Source: an uncultured delta proteobacterium
GTDB taxonomy: Bacteria; Myxococcota_A; Polyangia; Haliangiales; Haliangiaceae
Direction: 5' to 3'
NCBI GenBank assembly: GCA_963848295.1
Contig: CAWKDB010000010.1
Coordinates: 416,001-480,000, forward strand
Length of the DNA stretch: 64,000 nt
The notes beneath the pieces are model-generated. The model was given only the letters and a program-made list of their open reading frames with translations, searched no databases and was not told where the DNA came from. Position 1 is the stretch's first letter. Every line of letters begins with the position of its first letter. A program made the position numbers and the translations under genes. Below, one piece after another: positions 37,638-48,062 of this stretch.

Positions 37638-38699
37638 TCAGCTCGGCGACGGCGAAATCGTTCCGGAACCGCTCTGGGTACCGAATACGTTGACGACGCC
37701 GACCCCGCCGCCCCCACCGCCCCCACCGGTTGTACCGGTGCCCGCCGAGCCCGGGCTGGCAGCGGTCGCGTCGTGACCACCGTCGCCACCGACACCGCCG
37801 TTGCCGGTCCCGCTGCCGCCAGAGCCGCCCTTCGATCCCGACATCCCATCTAGAGAATTGCCGGTCGTCGAGCCGCCCTGTCCGCCACCGCCGCCGTTCG
37901 CGATCACGGAGCCGTCGATCACAACGGTCGGCGCCTCGAGCCCGATCATGCCGCCGGTGCCACCGCCGCCGGCTCCGCTCGCTGCGGGCTCGGGTGCGCC
38001 GCCGCCGCCGCCCGAAGCGTCGATCACCCCGGCTTGGTCGACGGTGATCTGATCGACCGCGATGATGTAGACCGCGCCGCCGCCGTGACCCCGTGGTCCG
38101 GTGTCGCCCGTACCGCCGCCGTTGTGACCGGCGCACCCGCCGTGCAGCGTCGTCGCAGCGACGACCGCAGCGGCGGTCCCTTGGCTCGGACCGCCGCCGT
38201 CCCCCCCGACCGCGCCGAAGCTCCCGCCCGCACCACCACCCCCATTGCCCGCGGAGCCGCCGGACCCACAGCCGCTGTAATCGGCGCCTGGACCGGTCGC
38301 CGAATTAGAGCCCGAGCTGACATCGAGCGTGCCATCGATCATCACGCTGCCGGTAGCGACGAGCACCAACGGCTTCGAGCCGCTGAACTTTGCGATCGCA
38401 GCGCCGGCGACCTCGATCGTCTCGGCACCGACGACGCAGAGGCCATTCCCTCCCGAGGTGACATCGCCCGAGCACGGTGGCGAGCTATCGGTGTTCGGCG
38501 CTCCGCTGATCGACGTGACGCCGGTCGGCGCGGACGCGAAGCACACCATGACGAGATGCGCGCCGTAGCACGCTGCACCGCCGTCACCGTCGTGACCGTC
38601 GCCGATCGACGAATCGATCGCGCTAGCGCTGCCGATGCCGAAAACGTCTCGGCAACCGGCGAGCATTGCGATCATCATGATGACGCGACGAGATCCCAC
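37638..38699 (-). CDS. Gly-rich lipoprotein
   Basis: Lipobox LAGC; GGGGGA.GG repeats alternating with short hydrophobic strands. Confidence 0.8.
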   Translation of the reverse strand: MGSRRVIMMIAMLAGCRDVFGIGSASAIDSSIGDGHDGDGGAACYGAHLVMVCFASAPTGVTSISGAPNTDSSPPCSGDVTSGGNGLCVVGAETIEVAGAAIAKFSGSKPLVLVATGSVMIDGTLDVSSGSNSATGPGADYSGCGSGGSAGNGGGGAGGSFGAVGGDGGGPSQGTAAAVVAATTLHGGCAGHNGGGTGDTGPRGHGGGAVYIIAVDQITVDQAGVIDASGGGGGAPEPAASGAGGGGTGGMIGLEAPTVVIDGSVIANGGGGGQGGSTTGNSLDGMSGSKGGSGGSGTGNGGVGGDGGHDATAASPGSAGTGTTGGGGGGGGVGVVNVFGTQSGSGTISPSPS

Positions 38700-38779
38700 G
38701 CAACCGATGATAGGCGTCGCTGCGCAACGCGGTCAACAACGGTTGCCCGCGTCGCTGAACTGCGCAACGATCGCGCACC

Positions 38780-39731
38780 GTGCTCGGCAGATTCCTTTCC
38801 GTCGGTATCGCATGCGTGCTGGTAACGCACGCTGCCGCGCAACCCGCACCGGAGCCGGCGCAAAGTGATGCCGAGCGCCTGTTCGACGAGGGTCGCCTCC
38901 TGGCGGAGCAAGGCAAGTACGCCGACGCGTGTGAGCGCTTTCAGCAGAGCTTCGATCTGAGATCACGCGACCGGCACCGAGCTCAACCTCGGCGACTGCC
39001 ACGAGCACCTCGGGCACTTCAAGCTCGCGGTCCAGCTGTTCACGACCGCCGGGGACGAGCTCGACCGCGCCGGCAAGGCGCCCCGCGCAAAGATCGCGCG
39101 CGAGCTCGCCGCCGCTGCCGCCGCGAAGCTCGCAACGGTGATCGTCAAGGTGCCGGCTCCCCATCCAGCCGGGCTCGAGATCACGATCGCCGGCAAGGTC
39201 GTGGCGGCGACACCGGACGCGCGCGATCGCGTCGATCCGGGCTCGGTCGAGATCGTCGCACGCGCACCCGGGCACGAGCCGTACACGACCACCACCGAGC
39301 CTCAGGCCGCTACGACGGTGGTCATCGAGCTGCCACCCTTCACCGACTCGAGCGGATCGGTCGCGCCGATCGCCGCCGTGACGGAGCGCAGACGCAGCCG
39401 TGTCCATCTCGCTTGGGGGTTCACCGCGGTCGCAGGCGCGAGCGCGATCGCGAGCCTCGTCTTCGGGATCGCAGGCCACGATCGCTGGACTTCCGCGGTG
39501 AATAGCTCCGACTGCCATCGCGTCGCCAGCGGTTGGTCATGCGATCCGGCCGGTCTCGACGCGATCACCGACGCGCACCAGCTCGCCGATGTCGGTACCG
39601 GGCTCGCGATCGGCGCGGGCGTCATCGGCGCCATCGCGGCGGCGCTGTACTTCACCGCCCCACGCGATGCCGTCATCACTCCGGTGGTGAGCGGGACCGG
39701 CGCCGGCGTCTTGCTCGACGTCCACTTCTAG
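38780..39731 (+). CDS. TPR + PEGA-like exported protein (frameshift at ~38960)
   Basis: AERLFDEGR...ACERFQQSFDL resumes after one extra base as DHATGTELNLGDCHE and joins ORF 39138-39731. Confidence 0.75.
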
Positions 39732-39752
39732 ACGGGCGGAAGACCGGCGTAA

Positions 39753-40274
39753 CTACGGCAGGTGGACGCGGCCCTGGCCCGCCGCGGTGTGGCAGCCGTT
39801 GCTGTTGCAGCCGCTCCCCGCCGCGATCGGCGCGGTCATCGTTTGCACCGACGGACAGTCGCTCGCGACGACGGTCACCGGGAACATCAGCGCGCTCGAC
39901 GTGTAGAAGTTACCGTTCAGCTGGCTTACGAGATCGAGCGTCTTGCCCGCAGCGTCGAGGACCGTGATCGTGCCGCCGGCGATAATGTTCGTGCCCGCGC
40001 TCGAGTCGTACAGCGTTCCGGAAAGCGTGAACCCGTGGTTGTGACAGCTGCCCATGCAGTCCTGCCCTGGGTTGTGATGGCCCGAGCCGAGTTGAGCCGC
40101 AGCGACGCCCTGCCGGCACATCGAGCCCGCGGCATCGCCCATTGGTGTCGCGGCATCGCCGGTTGCGCTGATCGATGCAGCATCAGGTGCGTTTGGCCCG
40201 CCGTTCCCCAGCCCATCGCCGCCGCCGATCGTTCCGGTACACGCACCGAGCATGACGAACCACATGAAGCGCAT
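39753..40274 (-). CDS. Diheme cytochrome lipoprotein paralog D
   Basis: Lipobox LGAC; GHHNPGQDCMGSCH and CNSNGCH; SGTLY...NGNFY. Confidence 0.85.
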   Translation of the reverse strand: MRFMWFVMLGACTGTIGGGDGLGNGGPNAPDAASISATGDAATPMGDAAGSMCRQGVAAAQLGSGHHNPGQDCMGSCHNHGFTLSGTLYDSSAGTNIIAGGTITVLDAAGKTLDLVSQLNGNFYTSSALMFPVTVVASDCPSVQTMTAPIAAGSGCNSNGCHTAAGQGRVHLP

Positions 40275-40287
40275 GGGTCATTCATGT

Positions 40288-40303
40288 TGCAAGCAGAGGA
40301 CCG
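40288..40303 (-). promoter_or_regulatory. Putative sigma54 promoter
   Basis: CGGTCCTCTGCTTGCA, 13 nt before ATG 40274. Confidence 0.55.
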
Positions 40304-40387
40304 ACGCTAACCACGTGACCCGACAACGCATGCTGAGGTCGCATGTGCGATTCGAGCACAACCGCTGAACGCGGTTTGCGCTGCGCG

Positions 40388-41050
40388 CTACGGCGTCACG
40401 ATCGAGACGGTGATGTCCTTCTCGAGCGCGGTGCGAAAGGCAGGCATTTGCGGATCGGTCTCGCCGAGCGTGAGCGTGGCGTCGCCCGAGCAGCCGTTGC
40501 ACAGCGCGTCGAAGCTCACCGCGGTCAGGGCCTGGTCGAACGCGGCCAACACCGTCAGGTCGAGCGCGCCGCCGGCGTCGAGCGTCCCAAACGTCGGTAG
40601 CGTGACCTCGAGTTGCATGGAGCCGACAATCGTGTACGCATGGCTCACGGTGTCGACAGTCACGTGCCCGCCCAACGCGAACGCCATCGCTCCGTCGTCG
40701 CTCTCGAGCGACAGGGACAGCTGCGAGTACGTCCCCGGCGGTGCGTTAGGGAACGTGGTTTCCGGCGGTGCGGCCCAGTTCAAGTTGAAGTCGTCTGAAT
40801 GGGTGCGCGGGTCGTTCGGACCGGCGTCTCCGATCACGCGCAGATCATCGACGTGGAACGAGGCGGTCTCGACCGTGGGCCCATCGCCGCCGGTCGCTCC
40901 GATCGTCGGCGTCGCGGTCCAGCCTACCGAGATGCCCGCCCCGGTCGGCGGTGCGTCAGCCATCAGTGTCGCATCAGGTCCGCCCATGTCGGATGGGTGG
41001 CACCCGACGAGCAGACTAGCGACGGCAATGACGCGGGTGACCTCGTGCAT
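40388..41050 (-). CDS. Hypothetical lipoprotein
   Basis: Lipobox LVGC; LRVIGDAGP.D, APPGTYS. Confidence 0.75.
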   Translation of the reverse strand: MHEVTRVIAVASLLVGCHPSDMGGPDATLMADAPPTGAGISVGWTATPTIGATGGDGPTVETASFHVDDLRVIGDAGPNDPRTHSDDFNLNWAAPPETTFPNAPPGTYSQLSLSLESDDGAMAFALGGHVTVDTVSHAYTIVGSMQLEVTLPTFGTLDAGGALDLTVLAAFDQALTAVSFDALCNGCSGDATLTLGETDPQMPAFRTALEKDITVSIVTP

Positions 41051-41064
41051 CGACGCCTAACATT

Positions 41065-41080
41065 AGCAATGCCGGAGCCA
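41065..41080 (-). promoter_or_regulatory. Sigma54 -24/-12 promoter
   Basis: TGGCTCCGGCATTGCT, 14 nt before ATG 41050, divergent from the activator gene. Confidence 0.7.
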
Positions 41081-41162
41081 GCGCGTAACCCTCGGAATCG
41101 CGCGATTTTTGGTCGAGCAACGTGCGTGCGCGCCGAACACTGTGCACGATTCGTACTGACGC

Positions 41163-42887
41163 ATGGCAACTGACCCCGCGACGCAGGAGGCCGGCACCGT
41201 CGTCGGTGACGCCGACGGCCACGCGTTCCTCGTCATTCACTTCCCCGACGACGAGCGCGGATCGAAGCTGATCGCGCTCGCCGATCGGGTCGAGGTCACG
41301 TTCGGCCGTTCGCGTAGCGCCACGGTAAGTATCGAAAGCGAAAAGGTGTCGCGGATGCACGCCCGGGTTCGGCGGATCGACGACGCGATCACCATCGAGG
41401 ACCTCGGCTCGCGCAACGGCACCCGGGTCAATGGCGAAAAGATCGAGGGGCCGCGCCGACTCGAGAGCGGCGACGAGATTTCGCTCGGGCCGATCTTTGC
41501 GATCGTCGGCGTGACCACCGGGGTGCGCAGGCGCAGCACGATCGCCGACTCCGGCGATGGTGAACGCCGGCTGATCGCCGAGGTCGACCGCGCGGTGCGG
41601 TACCATCGGCCACTGACCATCGGGCTGATCCGGATCGGCAGCGACGCGATCATCGACGACATCGCGCGGTCGCTTCGACCGATGGATTTGATCGCAGAAG
41701 ACGCCGGTGACGACTACCTCGTCATCTTGCCGGAGCTCGGTCGCAATGAAGGCACGACCGCACTCGACCAGTTCGTCGACAAGGCGCGCGCTGCCGGCAT
41801 CACCGCGAAGGCGGCGGCCGCGTTATGCCCCGAAGACGGTACGACGGTCGAGATGCTGATCGGCCGTGTCCGCGCGAACCTTAGAGCCGGTCGCGCTCCG
41901 AGTGCCACTGCCGCGGCGAGCCCCGAGCCGCGCAAGACCGCTCCCATCGTAATCGACCCGGCGATGAAACGGATCTACTCGCTCGTCGAGAGAATCGCGG
42001 ACTCCGCGATGACAATGTTGATCCTAGGCGAGACCGGCGTCGGCAAGGAGCTCGTCGCTGCAGCGATTCACGAGCGTTCGAGCCGGCGGGATCGGCCGCT
42101 GATCAAGCTCAACTGTGCGGCGCTGCCCGAGACGTTGCTCGAGTCGGAGCTGTTCGGTCACGAGCGCGGTTCGTTCACCGGAGCCGAACGCCGCAAGATC
42201 GGCTTCTTCGAAGCGGCGCACGGCGGGACGCTGTTTCTCGACGAGATCGGCGAGATGCCGCTGACGCTGCAGGCGAAGTTGTTGCGCGTGCTCGAGCGCA
42301 AGGTCATTACACGAGTCGGCGGCACGACCGAGGTCGAGGCCGACGCACGACTGATCGCGGCGACCCATCGCGACCTCGACGCCGATGTTCGAGCCGGACG
42401 ATTCCGGCAAGATCTGTTGTTCCGCATCGGTGGGTTTACACTCGTCGTGCCACCGCTGCGCGATCGCCCGAGCGAGATCCTCGCGCTCGCCGAGCACGTC
42501 GCGCGAGTGACCGCGGCCGAGCAAGGCCGAACGATCCCAGCGATCTCCGACGAGGCCCGCGAAGCGCTCGAAGGTTACGCGTGGCCGGGCAACGTCCGCG
42601 AGCTCAAGAACGCGATCGAGCGCGCGCTCGTATTGTGCGCCGATCGGATCACGCTGGCCGATCTGCCCGAGAAATTGCACGATGTCGCGCAACGTACGCG
42701 CCCGCTGCCGCCGGCGGCCGGCATGCGAGGCCAGCTTGCTGAAGTCGAGCGCGCGGCGATCGTCGCGGCACTCGAAACCGAAGACCAGAATCAAACACGA
42801 GCGGCTCGTCGGCTCGGGTTGTCGCGGCGTGCACTGATCTACAAGATGGAGAAGTACGGGCTAAAGCCGCTGCCGGCGCGCGGCTAG
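41163..42887 (+). CDS. FHA - degenerate GGDEF - sigma54 enhancer-binding protein
   Basis: FGR...VSRMHA...SRNGT FHA; GETGVGKE; GSFTGA; WPGNVREL; HTH; paralog of 33205-34974. Confidence 0.93.
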   Translation: MATDPATQEAGTVVGDADGHAFLVIHFPDDERGSKLIALADRVEVTFGRSRSATVSIESEKVSRMHARVRRIDDAITIEDLGSRNGTRVNGEKIEGPRRLESGDEISLGPIFAIVGVTTGVRRRSTIADSGDGERRLIAEVDRAVRYHRPLTIGLIRIGSDAIIDDIARSLRPMDLIAEDAGDDYLVILPELGRNEGTTALDQFVDKARAAGITAKAAAALCPEDGTTVEMLIGRVRANLRAGRAPSATAAASPEPRKTAPIVIDPAMKRIYSLVERIADSAMTMLILGETGVGKELVAAAIHERSSRRDRPLIKLNCAALPETLLESELFGHERGSFTGAERRKIGFFEAAHGGTLFLDEIGEMPLTLQAKLLRVLERKVITRVGGTTEVEADARLIAATHRDLDADVRAGRFRQDLLFRIGGFTLVVPPLRDRPSEILALAEHVARVTAAEQGRTIPAISDEAREALEGYAWPGNVRELKNAIERALVLCADRITLADLPEKLHDVAQRTRPLPPAAGMRGQLAEVERAAIVAALETEDQNQTRAARRLGLSRRALIYKMEKYGLKPLPARG

Positions 42888-44464
42888 CGGCGACCTGCGA
42901 AGCTCGGGTTATAGCGCTCGATCTCGGCCGGTTCGGTGGTGCCGCCGGTGACCATGACGCTGCCGTCACAGAGCAGCGTCGCTTGGTGAAATGCCCGCGC
43001 GATCGTCATCGGTGAGGTCGGCAACGAGTAGACGAAGTCCTGGCCCGGGTTCGTCGTGTCGACACACAGCTCGGAGGCGGTCGCAACCGCCGGCGTTCCC
43101 GGCGTCGGGCTACCGCCAGTCAGCAGCAAGCAGCCGTTCGGCAGCGGCGTGACCGCGACCCCGACGAGCCCGATCGTCGGGGCGCCCGGAATCGTGCTGG
43201 GCCCTAGGTCGACGACGCACTGGGTCGGTGTCCCCGTACCGCACGTGCTACCCGGGCAGTCGGAGTCGGCGCTACAGGCTTTGCCCGCGTCATTGAATCC
43301 GCCATCGATCGTGAAGCGCTCGACCTGGGTAACCGGCGTCGAATCGGTTGCGTCGGTGAACCCACCGATGAGCAGCACGCTGTCGTCCGGCAAGATCGCT
43401 GCATGGTGATGGACACGCGGATGCAGCATGTTGCGCGAGAACGAGGCCGAGAACCCGTTGCTGAGGGGCTTGTATAGCTCGGCGGCCGAGATCGCTTGCC
43501 CGTTTTGATCCGCGCCACCGGCGACCAACACCGCTGCGCCGAGATCGGTGCCGAGCAACGTCGCGGTGTGACCGTAGCGCGCGTGAGTGAGTGCCGCTGT
43601 CGCGCCATCGATCGTGACCGGGCCACCGGCCGGCTGCTCGATCAGCGAGACCGCCGGCGAAGGCGTGCCATCGTGAGTGCGACCGCCGATCACTACGATC
43701 GGCGCATTCTCTATCGTGAGTGTTGTCGCGGTCAGCTCCTCGCGCGTCACTGCCCCGATCGTGTCGGGAATGAGCTGGACACGACGCTCGCTCGCGTTCT
43801 CGAGCGCGATCGTTTCGATGTAGGTCGCACTAGTGTTCGTTGCGAGATCGACTCCGCCAATCACGACGAGCTGCGGGGTTTGAGCCCCGAGCGCGGCCAC
43901 GACCGTGCCGTTACGAGCGCCGAGCGTTCCGCCGTCGACAGGTTGCAGCGTGAACCCCGAGGCATCGAGCTGTTCGATTGCCGATACGAACGAGCCGTCG
44001 TTGGGATCGACGCCACCGATCAGCAGTCCGGTGCCATCGTGATACGTGATGCCAGTGCCATTCATGCGGAGCGACGGCGTGCCCTCCGGTGGATACGAGA
44101 GATCAGCGAACCTCGCAGACTCGGAAAACAGCAGGTGCGGTGACGGGTTCTCGGTCGCGGTCGCGGCGAACGTGCAGGTCCGGCCGTACGCGGAGATCAC
44201 TCCGTTCTGTTTGCCGGTGAGATGAACGACGAGGTCGTCCGCGAAGGGCACGCCGCCGACCTCGAGGGTGCCCTCGCCCGGGGTCAGCGTCGCGGATTGG
44301 ATGTCGCCAGCGCTGCCTTGGTGCGCGACCTCGAGCGCGAGTTGGTCGAGCGGAAAAGCCGACGCGCTCGCATTGTCTGGTAGATCGACGACCGGCTCGA
44401 TCGTAACCGTCGCGCTGGTGCAAGCAGCGATCACACCCGCGATCGTGACGATGCGGATCACCAC
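42884..44464 (-). CDS. Kelch-repeat lipoprotein
   Basis: Lipobox IAAC; ARYGHTATLL...VLVAGG...AELY repeats. Confidence 0.85.
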   Translation of the reverse strand: MVIRIVTIAGVIAACTSATVTIEPVVDLPDNASASAFPLDQLALEVAHQGSAGDIQSATLTPGEGTLEVGGVPFADDLVVHLTGKQNGVISAYGRTCTFAATATENPSPHLLFSESARFADLSYPPEGTPSLRMNGTGITYHDGTGLLIGGVDPNDGSFVSAIEQLDASGFTLQPVDGGTLGARNGTVVAALGAQTPQLVVIGGVDLATNTSATYIETIALENASERRVQLIPDTIGAVTREELTATTLTIENAPIVVIGGRTHDGTPSPAVSLIEQPAGGPVTIDGATAALTHARYGHTATLLGTDLGAAVLVAGGADQNGQAISAAELYKPLSNGFSASFSRNMLHPRVHHHAAILPDDSVLLIGGFTDATDSTPVTQVERFTIDGGFNDAGKACSADSDCPGSTCGTGTPTQCVVDLGPSTIPGAPTIGLVGVAVTPLPNGCLLLTGGSPTPGTPAVATASELCVDTTNPGQDFVYSLPTSPMTIARAFHQATLLCDGSVMVTGGTTEPAEIERYNPSFAGRR

Positions 44465-45561
44465 GGCGACGGCAGCCCCGCCGGTCGAACCACGGCATCG
44501 GTCGGATGGCTGCCGCCGATGAGGCCGATCGTCAATGGTATGATGACCGCAGCGGCGAGCGCAGCGCCACCGCCGGCCCAGGCCCAGCGCGAATCGTACC
44601 AACGATGAACCGGCGCCGGTGCGAGCAACTCGTCGACGGCTTGCGCGAGCGGTGTGAGATCCGCGCCCACCGAGACCGTCCGGCGATCACGAACGCGGCC
44701 GTCGAGGCCGATCAGGCGCGCGCTGCCGATCTCGTTATGAACTTCGACAACGATCACCCCTCGCACGCTGCTCGCGCGCGCCTGGATCAGCACGTCCGTA
44801 TCGGACGGTGGTTGATAGGGTTGAGGGCTCAGCGGCAACATCGTGCTGCCGGCGGCGAGCTCGACGCGACGGCCGAGTGGCGCGCTATCGGGGCAGATCA
44901 CGCGAACCCAATGTGGACCGGCGACCCGATCGATCGTGCCGGTCGCAATCGTGCCATCGACGCTCACCTGGCATCCGGGCGGCGCTTGTACGGTGAGATG
45001 CGCGAGATCGCGGTGCACTGCCGTCTCTTTTGCTCGCTCGAATTGCTCGATCACCTTCGGTGGGAACCGCTGCGGATCGAGCACGCGCGTCGGATCGGTC
45101 ACCGCTGCGATCACCATATCGTCCCAGGCGCCGCTCGCGTCGGACAGCTGGAGCTTGACGAGCCCACTGTACAGGAACAGATCCGACAGCTCCCCCGCGC
45201 TGAGATCGAGCGCACCGGTCGAGTCGGTTGCCGCGATCGCGGCGAGTAGGTCCTTCGCGGCGTCGCCGTAGCGGGTGTCGTCGTAGCCCGCGATCCCGCG
45301 CTGCAGTAGCGCGGCGGTCGATGCCGTGGCCGGTGCAGTCGGCGACCGATCGATGACCGCAGCGCCGGCACGCCGTGCGACCGCTGCGATCGGCGCGATG
45401 TTGGCGCCCGGCGCCCACACGACCACGAGATCGGCCGCGGGTGCGACATGCCCGGTACGCGTTGTCGCGAGGATGATCGCGGCGGAGCACACTACGCGCC
45501 CTAGACCTCGACGGACCGTGCGCACGTCGGCGAGTCTCGGCCGGTTCGAGATTACGGTCAA
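44458..45561 (-). CDS. Exported hypothetical protein (TPR/PEGA-like, C-terminal TM)
   Basis: LD..RFPPKV and VSVDG...G.H motifs; WYDSRWAW plus TM helix; start uncertain. Confidence 0.7.
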   Translation of the reverse strand: MTVISNRPRLADVRTVRRGLGRVVCSAAIILATTRTGHVAPAADLVVVWAPGANIAPIAAVARRAGAAVIDRSPTAPATASTAALLQRGIAGYDDTRYGDAAKDLLAAIAATDSTGALDLSAGELSDLFLYSGLVKLQLSDASGAWDDMVIAAVTDPTRVLDPQRFPPKVIEQFERAKETAVHRDLAHLTVQAPPGCQVSVDGTIATGTIDRVAGPHWVRVICPDSAPLGRRVELAAGSTMLPLSPQPYQPPSDTDVLIQARASSVRGVIVVEVHNEIGSARLIGLDGRVRDRRTVSVGADLTPLAQAVDELLAPAPVHRWYDSRWAWAGGGAALAAAVIIPLTIGLIGGSHPTDAVVRPAGLPSPW

Positions 45562-45581
45562 CCGGCGCTATACTGCAATCG

Positions 45582-47258
45582 ATGGCCTTAGCGCTCGGTC
45601 GCTACGAGCTGCTCCGGCCGCTTGCTCGCGGCGGGATGGGCGAGGTCTATCTCGCGCGCCGACGTGCAGCGGGGGTCGAGAAGCTGCTCGTGATCAAGCG
45701 CATGCGCCCCGAACGCGTCGGTGACCCGCGGTTTCTCGAGTTGTTCGTGCGCGAAGCACGGCTGTCGATGAGCCTCGCGCACCAAAACATCGTCCCGGTG
45801 TTCGACTTCGGTCGAATCGACGACCAGGTGTTCATCGCGATGGAGCGCGTAGAAGGAAGGGATCTCGGGTCGAGCCTCGCGCAGGCTGGCAAGACCAAGC
45901 CGCTACCACCGTTGCTGGCGGCATTCATCGCCGCGGAGTGTTGCCAAGCGCTCGACTACGCGCATCGTCGCCGCAGCCCGACCGGCGCGCAGCTCGGCAT
46001 CGTTCATCGCGATGTCACTCCGCGCAACATGCTGTTGTCATGGTCGGGCGAGGTCAAGCTCACCGACTTCGGTATCGCGGCGCTCGCAGGCGACGAACGC
46101 AGCAAGAGCGCGGGCACGCCGGCGTATATGGCACCGGAGCAAGCGCGCGGCGACGCGGTCGATCCGCGCGCCGATGTCTACGCGCTCGGCATCTGCTTGC
46201 GCGAGGCACTGACCGGTGTGCGCGCGCGACCCGGCTTCGATCGCGACGCGATGATCGCGGCTGCACGCATTGGCCTACTCGAGGCCTGGCCCGACGGGTT
46301 CGAGTCACCGCTCCGCGCGATCGTCGATCGCGCGACGGCCAAACAGCCAGAGGATCGCTACGCCGACGCTAACGCGCTGCTCGCCGAGCTCGACTCGTTC
46401 ATCGTCACGGAGCGCGCCGCCCATAAGAGCGCGGCGCTCGCCCATCAGCTCGCCGCGTGGCTCACCAATGTCTGGATCGAGGAGCGAGATGATGCGACGA
46501 CGAGCGAAGAGATCGAGGCGTCGCACCTGATCAGCTTCGTCGACGACGGTGAGCTCGACGTCGTGGGCACCGGCACGGCACGCTCGGCGCTCGCGACCGA
46601 TCCGGACGCTGATAGTCCGCAGGCCGAGAATGCGACCCTGCCGACTCGGCCCGATCTCCCGTCGGCCCCGCGGCCACAAGTCGTCCCCGAGGTCCACGTC
46701 ACGACCGCGACTCCTGCGCCACGCCGGTGGCCGCTACTCGCGTTACTCGCCGCCGTCGCGGTCGCTGGCATCGCCCTGCTCGCCATGACCCGCAAGGGAG
46801 CCGAGCGATCCCCAGTCGTCGCTGGAGTCGCGCGCGATGCCGCGCCCGCGCTTGCAACCGCGGCGGGCCCCGATGCACCGATCCACGTCGACCCGCCGCC
46901 GACCGATCCACCGCCCGTGGCTCCACCACCCGCCGATGCACCGAAGCGCGCCGACCGGCCAAGGCTCGGCGACCCCGCGAAGGCTGCGCCTCGGGTCGAG
47001 CACCCGGTGCGAACCGGCAGCGCGGCGTTCGCTACCCACGTCGTCCGGATCAACACCAAGCCATGGTCGTACTGGACCGCCGACGGCGACCCGACCCAAC
47101 ACACGACGCCGGATCCGGTGAGCCTCAGCGTCGGAGTGCATACGATTCACTTCACCGGCAACCCGCACTATCGCGCCGACAAGACGATCACGATCGACGT
47201 GCCGGACAACGATGATTTCCGCCGCGTCGAGCAACTCGACGAGCTCGCACCGCCATAG
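45582..47258 (+). CDS. Membrane Ser/Thr protein kinase
   Basis: GGMGEVY, HRDVTPRN, DFGIA, GTPAYMAPEQ; TM helix; C-terminal PEGA-like region; TATACT 7 nt upstream. Confidence 0.93.
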   Translation: MALALGRYELLRPLARGGMGEVYLARRRAAGVEKLLVIKRMRPERVGDPRFLELFVREARLSMSLAHQNIVPVFDFGRIDDQVFIAMERVEGRDLGSSLAQAGKTKPLPPLLAAFIAAECCQALDYAHRRRSPTGAQLGIVHRDVTPRNMLLSWSGEVKLTDFGIAALAGDERSKSAGTPAYMAPEQARGDAVDPRADVYALGICLREALTGVRARPGFDRDAMIAAARIGLLEAWPDGFESPLRAIVDRATAKQPEDRYADANALLAELDSFIVTERAAHKSAALAHQLAAWLTNVWIEERDDATTSEEIEASHLISFVDDGELDVVGTGTARSALATDPDADSPQAENATLPTRPDLPSAPRPQVVPEVHVTTATPAPRRWPLLALLAAVAVAGIALLAMTRKGAERSPVVAGVARDAAPALATAAGPDAPIHVDPPPTDPPPVAPPPADAPKRADRPRLGDPAKAAPRVEHPVRTGSAAFATHVVRINTKPWSYWTADGDPTQHTTPDPVSLSVGVHTIHFTGNPHYRADKTITIDVPDNDDFRRVEQLDELAPP

Positions 47259-47321
47259 CGAAGCCCGTTCGCTCAGCGAGTGGCTGTATCGACGGGCTGC
47301 TCGCTGTCGCTCGCGCTGGGG

Positions 47322-48062
47322 TCACAATCGATCTCTTCGGGCAGATACCGCCGGCGAAGCCTCCGCCGTAGCGCCGCCCATCAGCATGTATCCGCCACCG
47401 CGGATGGTCTTGAGCAACCATGGATTGCGGGCGTCGTCGCCGAACTTCTCGCGCAGCCGGACGATCCGGCAATCGATCGCGCGCCCGAACGCGTGCTCCG
47501 TCGTGCCCACGAGGTCGAGCAAGCGCTCCCGGCTCACCACCTCCCCAGCGTGTTCGGCGAGGACTTGCAGCAATACAAACTCGCGAGACGTGAGCCGGAC
47601 GGGCCGACCGTCGAGCAGCGCGACCATCGCACGGCGATCCACGGTGACTCGGCCGATCCGAATAGGGTCCTGGCACGGTCCCACGGCGTGACGTGCGCGG
47701 CGTACGTTCGCGTGGATGCGGGCGAGCAGCTCGCGTGGATGGTACGGTTTTGCGAGGAAGTCATCGGCGCCGGCCTCGAATCCGTTCACGCGGGTGTCCT
47801 CATCTGTGTGGGCACTGACCATCACGATCGGCACGTGACTTCGCCCGCGGACGTCGCGACAGAGCGAGATGCCATCGCAGCCAGGGAGCTGTACGTCGAG
47901 GACCACACAGTCGAACGCCTCGCTCGCTGCGGTCGCTCGCCCGGTCACGCCATCGATCGCGATGATCACCTTCGCCGCATGCCGCTCGAGGTACGTCGCG
48001 ATCAGTCGCGCGAGCCGCTCGTCGTCCTCGACGAGCAGGATCCGTAAGTTCCACTCGTTCAC
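47322..48062 (-). CDS. OmpR-family response regulator
   Basis: Receiver domain plus LTSREF...LREK...TIRGGGY winged helix. Confidence 0.92.
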   Translation of the reverse strand: MNEWNLRILLVEDDERLARLIATYLERHAAKVIIAIDGVTGRATAASEAFDCVVLDVQLPGCDGISLCRDVRGRSHVPIVMVSAHTDEDTRVNGFEAGADDFLAKPYHPRELLARIHANVRRARHAVGPCQDPIRIGRVTVDRRAMVALLDGRPVRLTSREFVLLQVLAEHAGEVVSRERLLDLVGTTEHAFGRAIDCRIVRLREKFGDDARNPWLLKTIRGGGYMLMGGATAEASPAVSARRDRL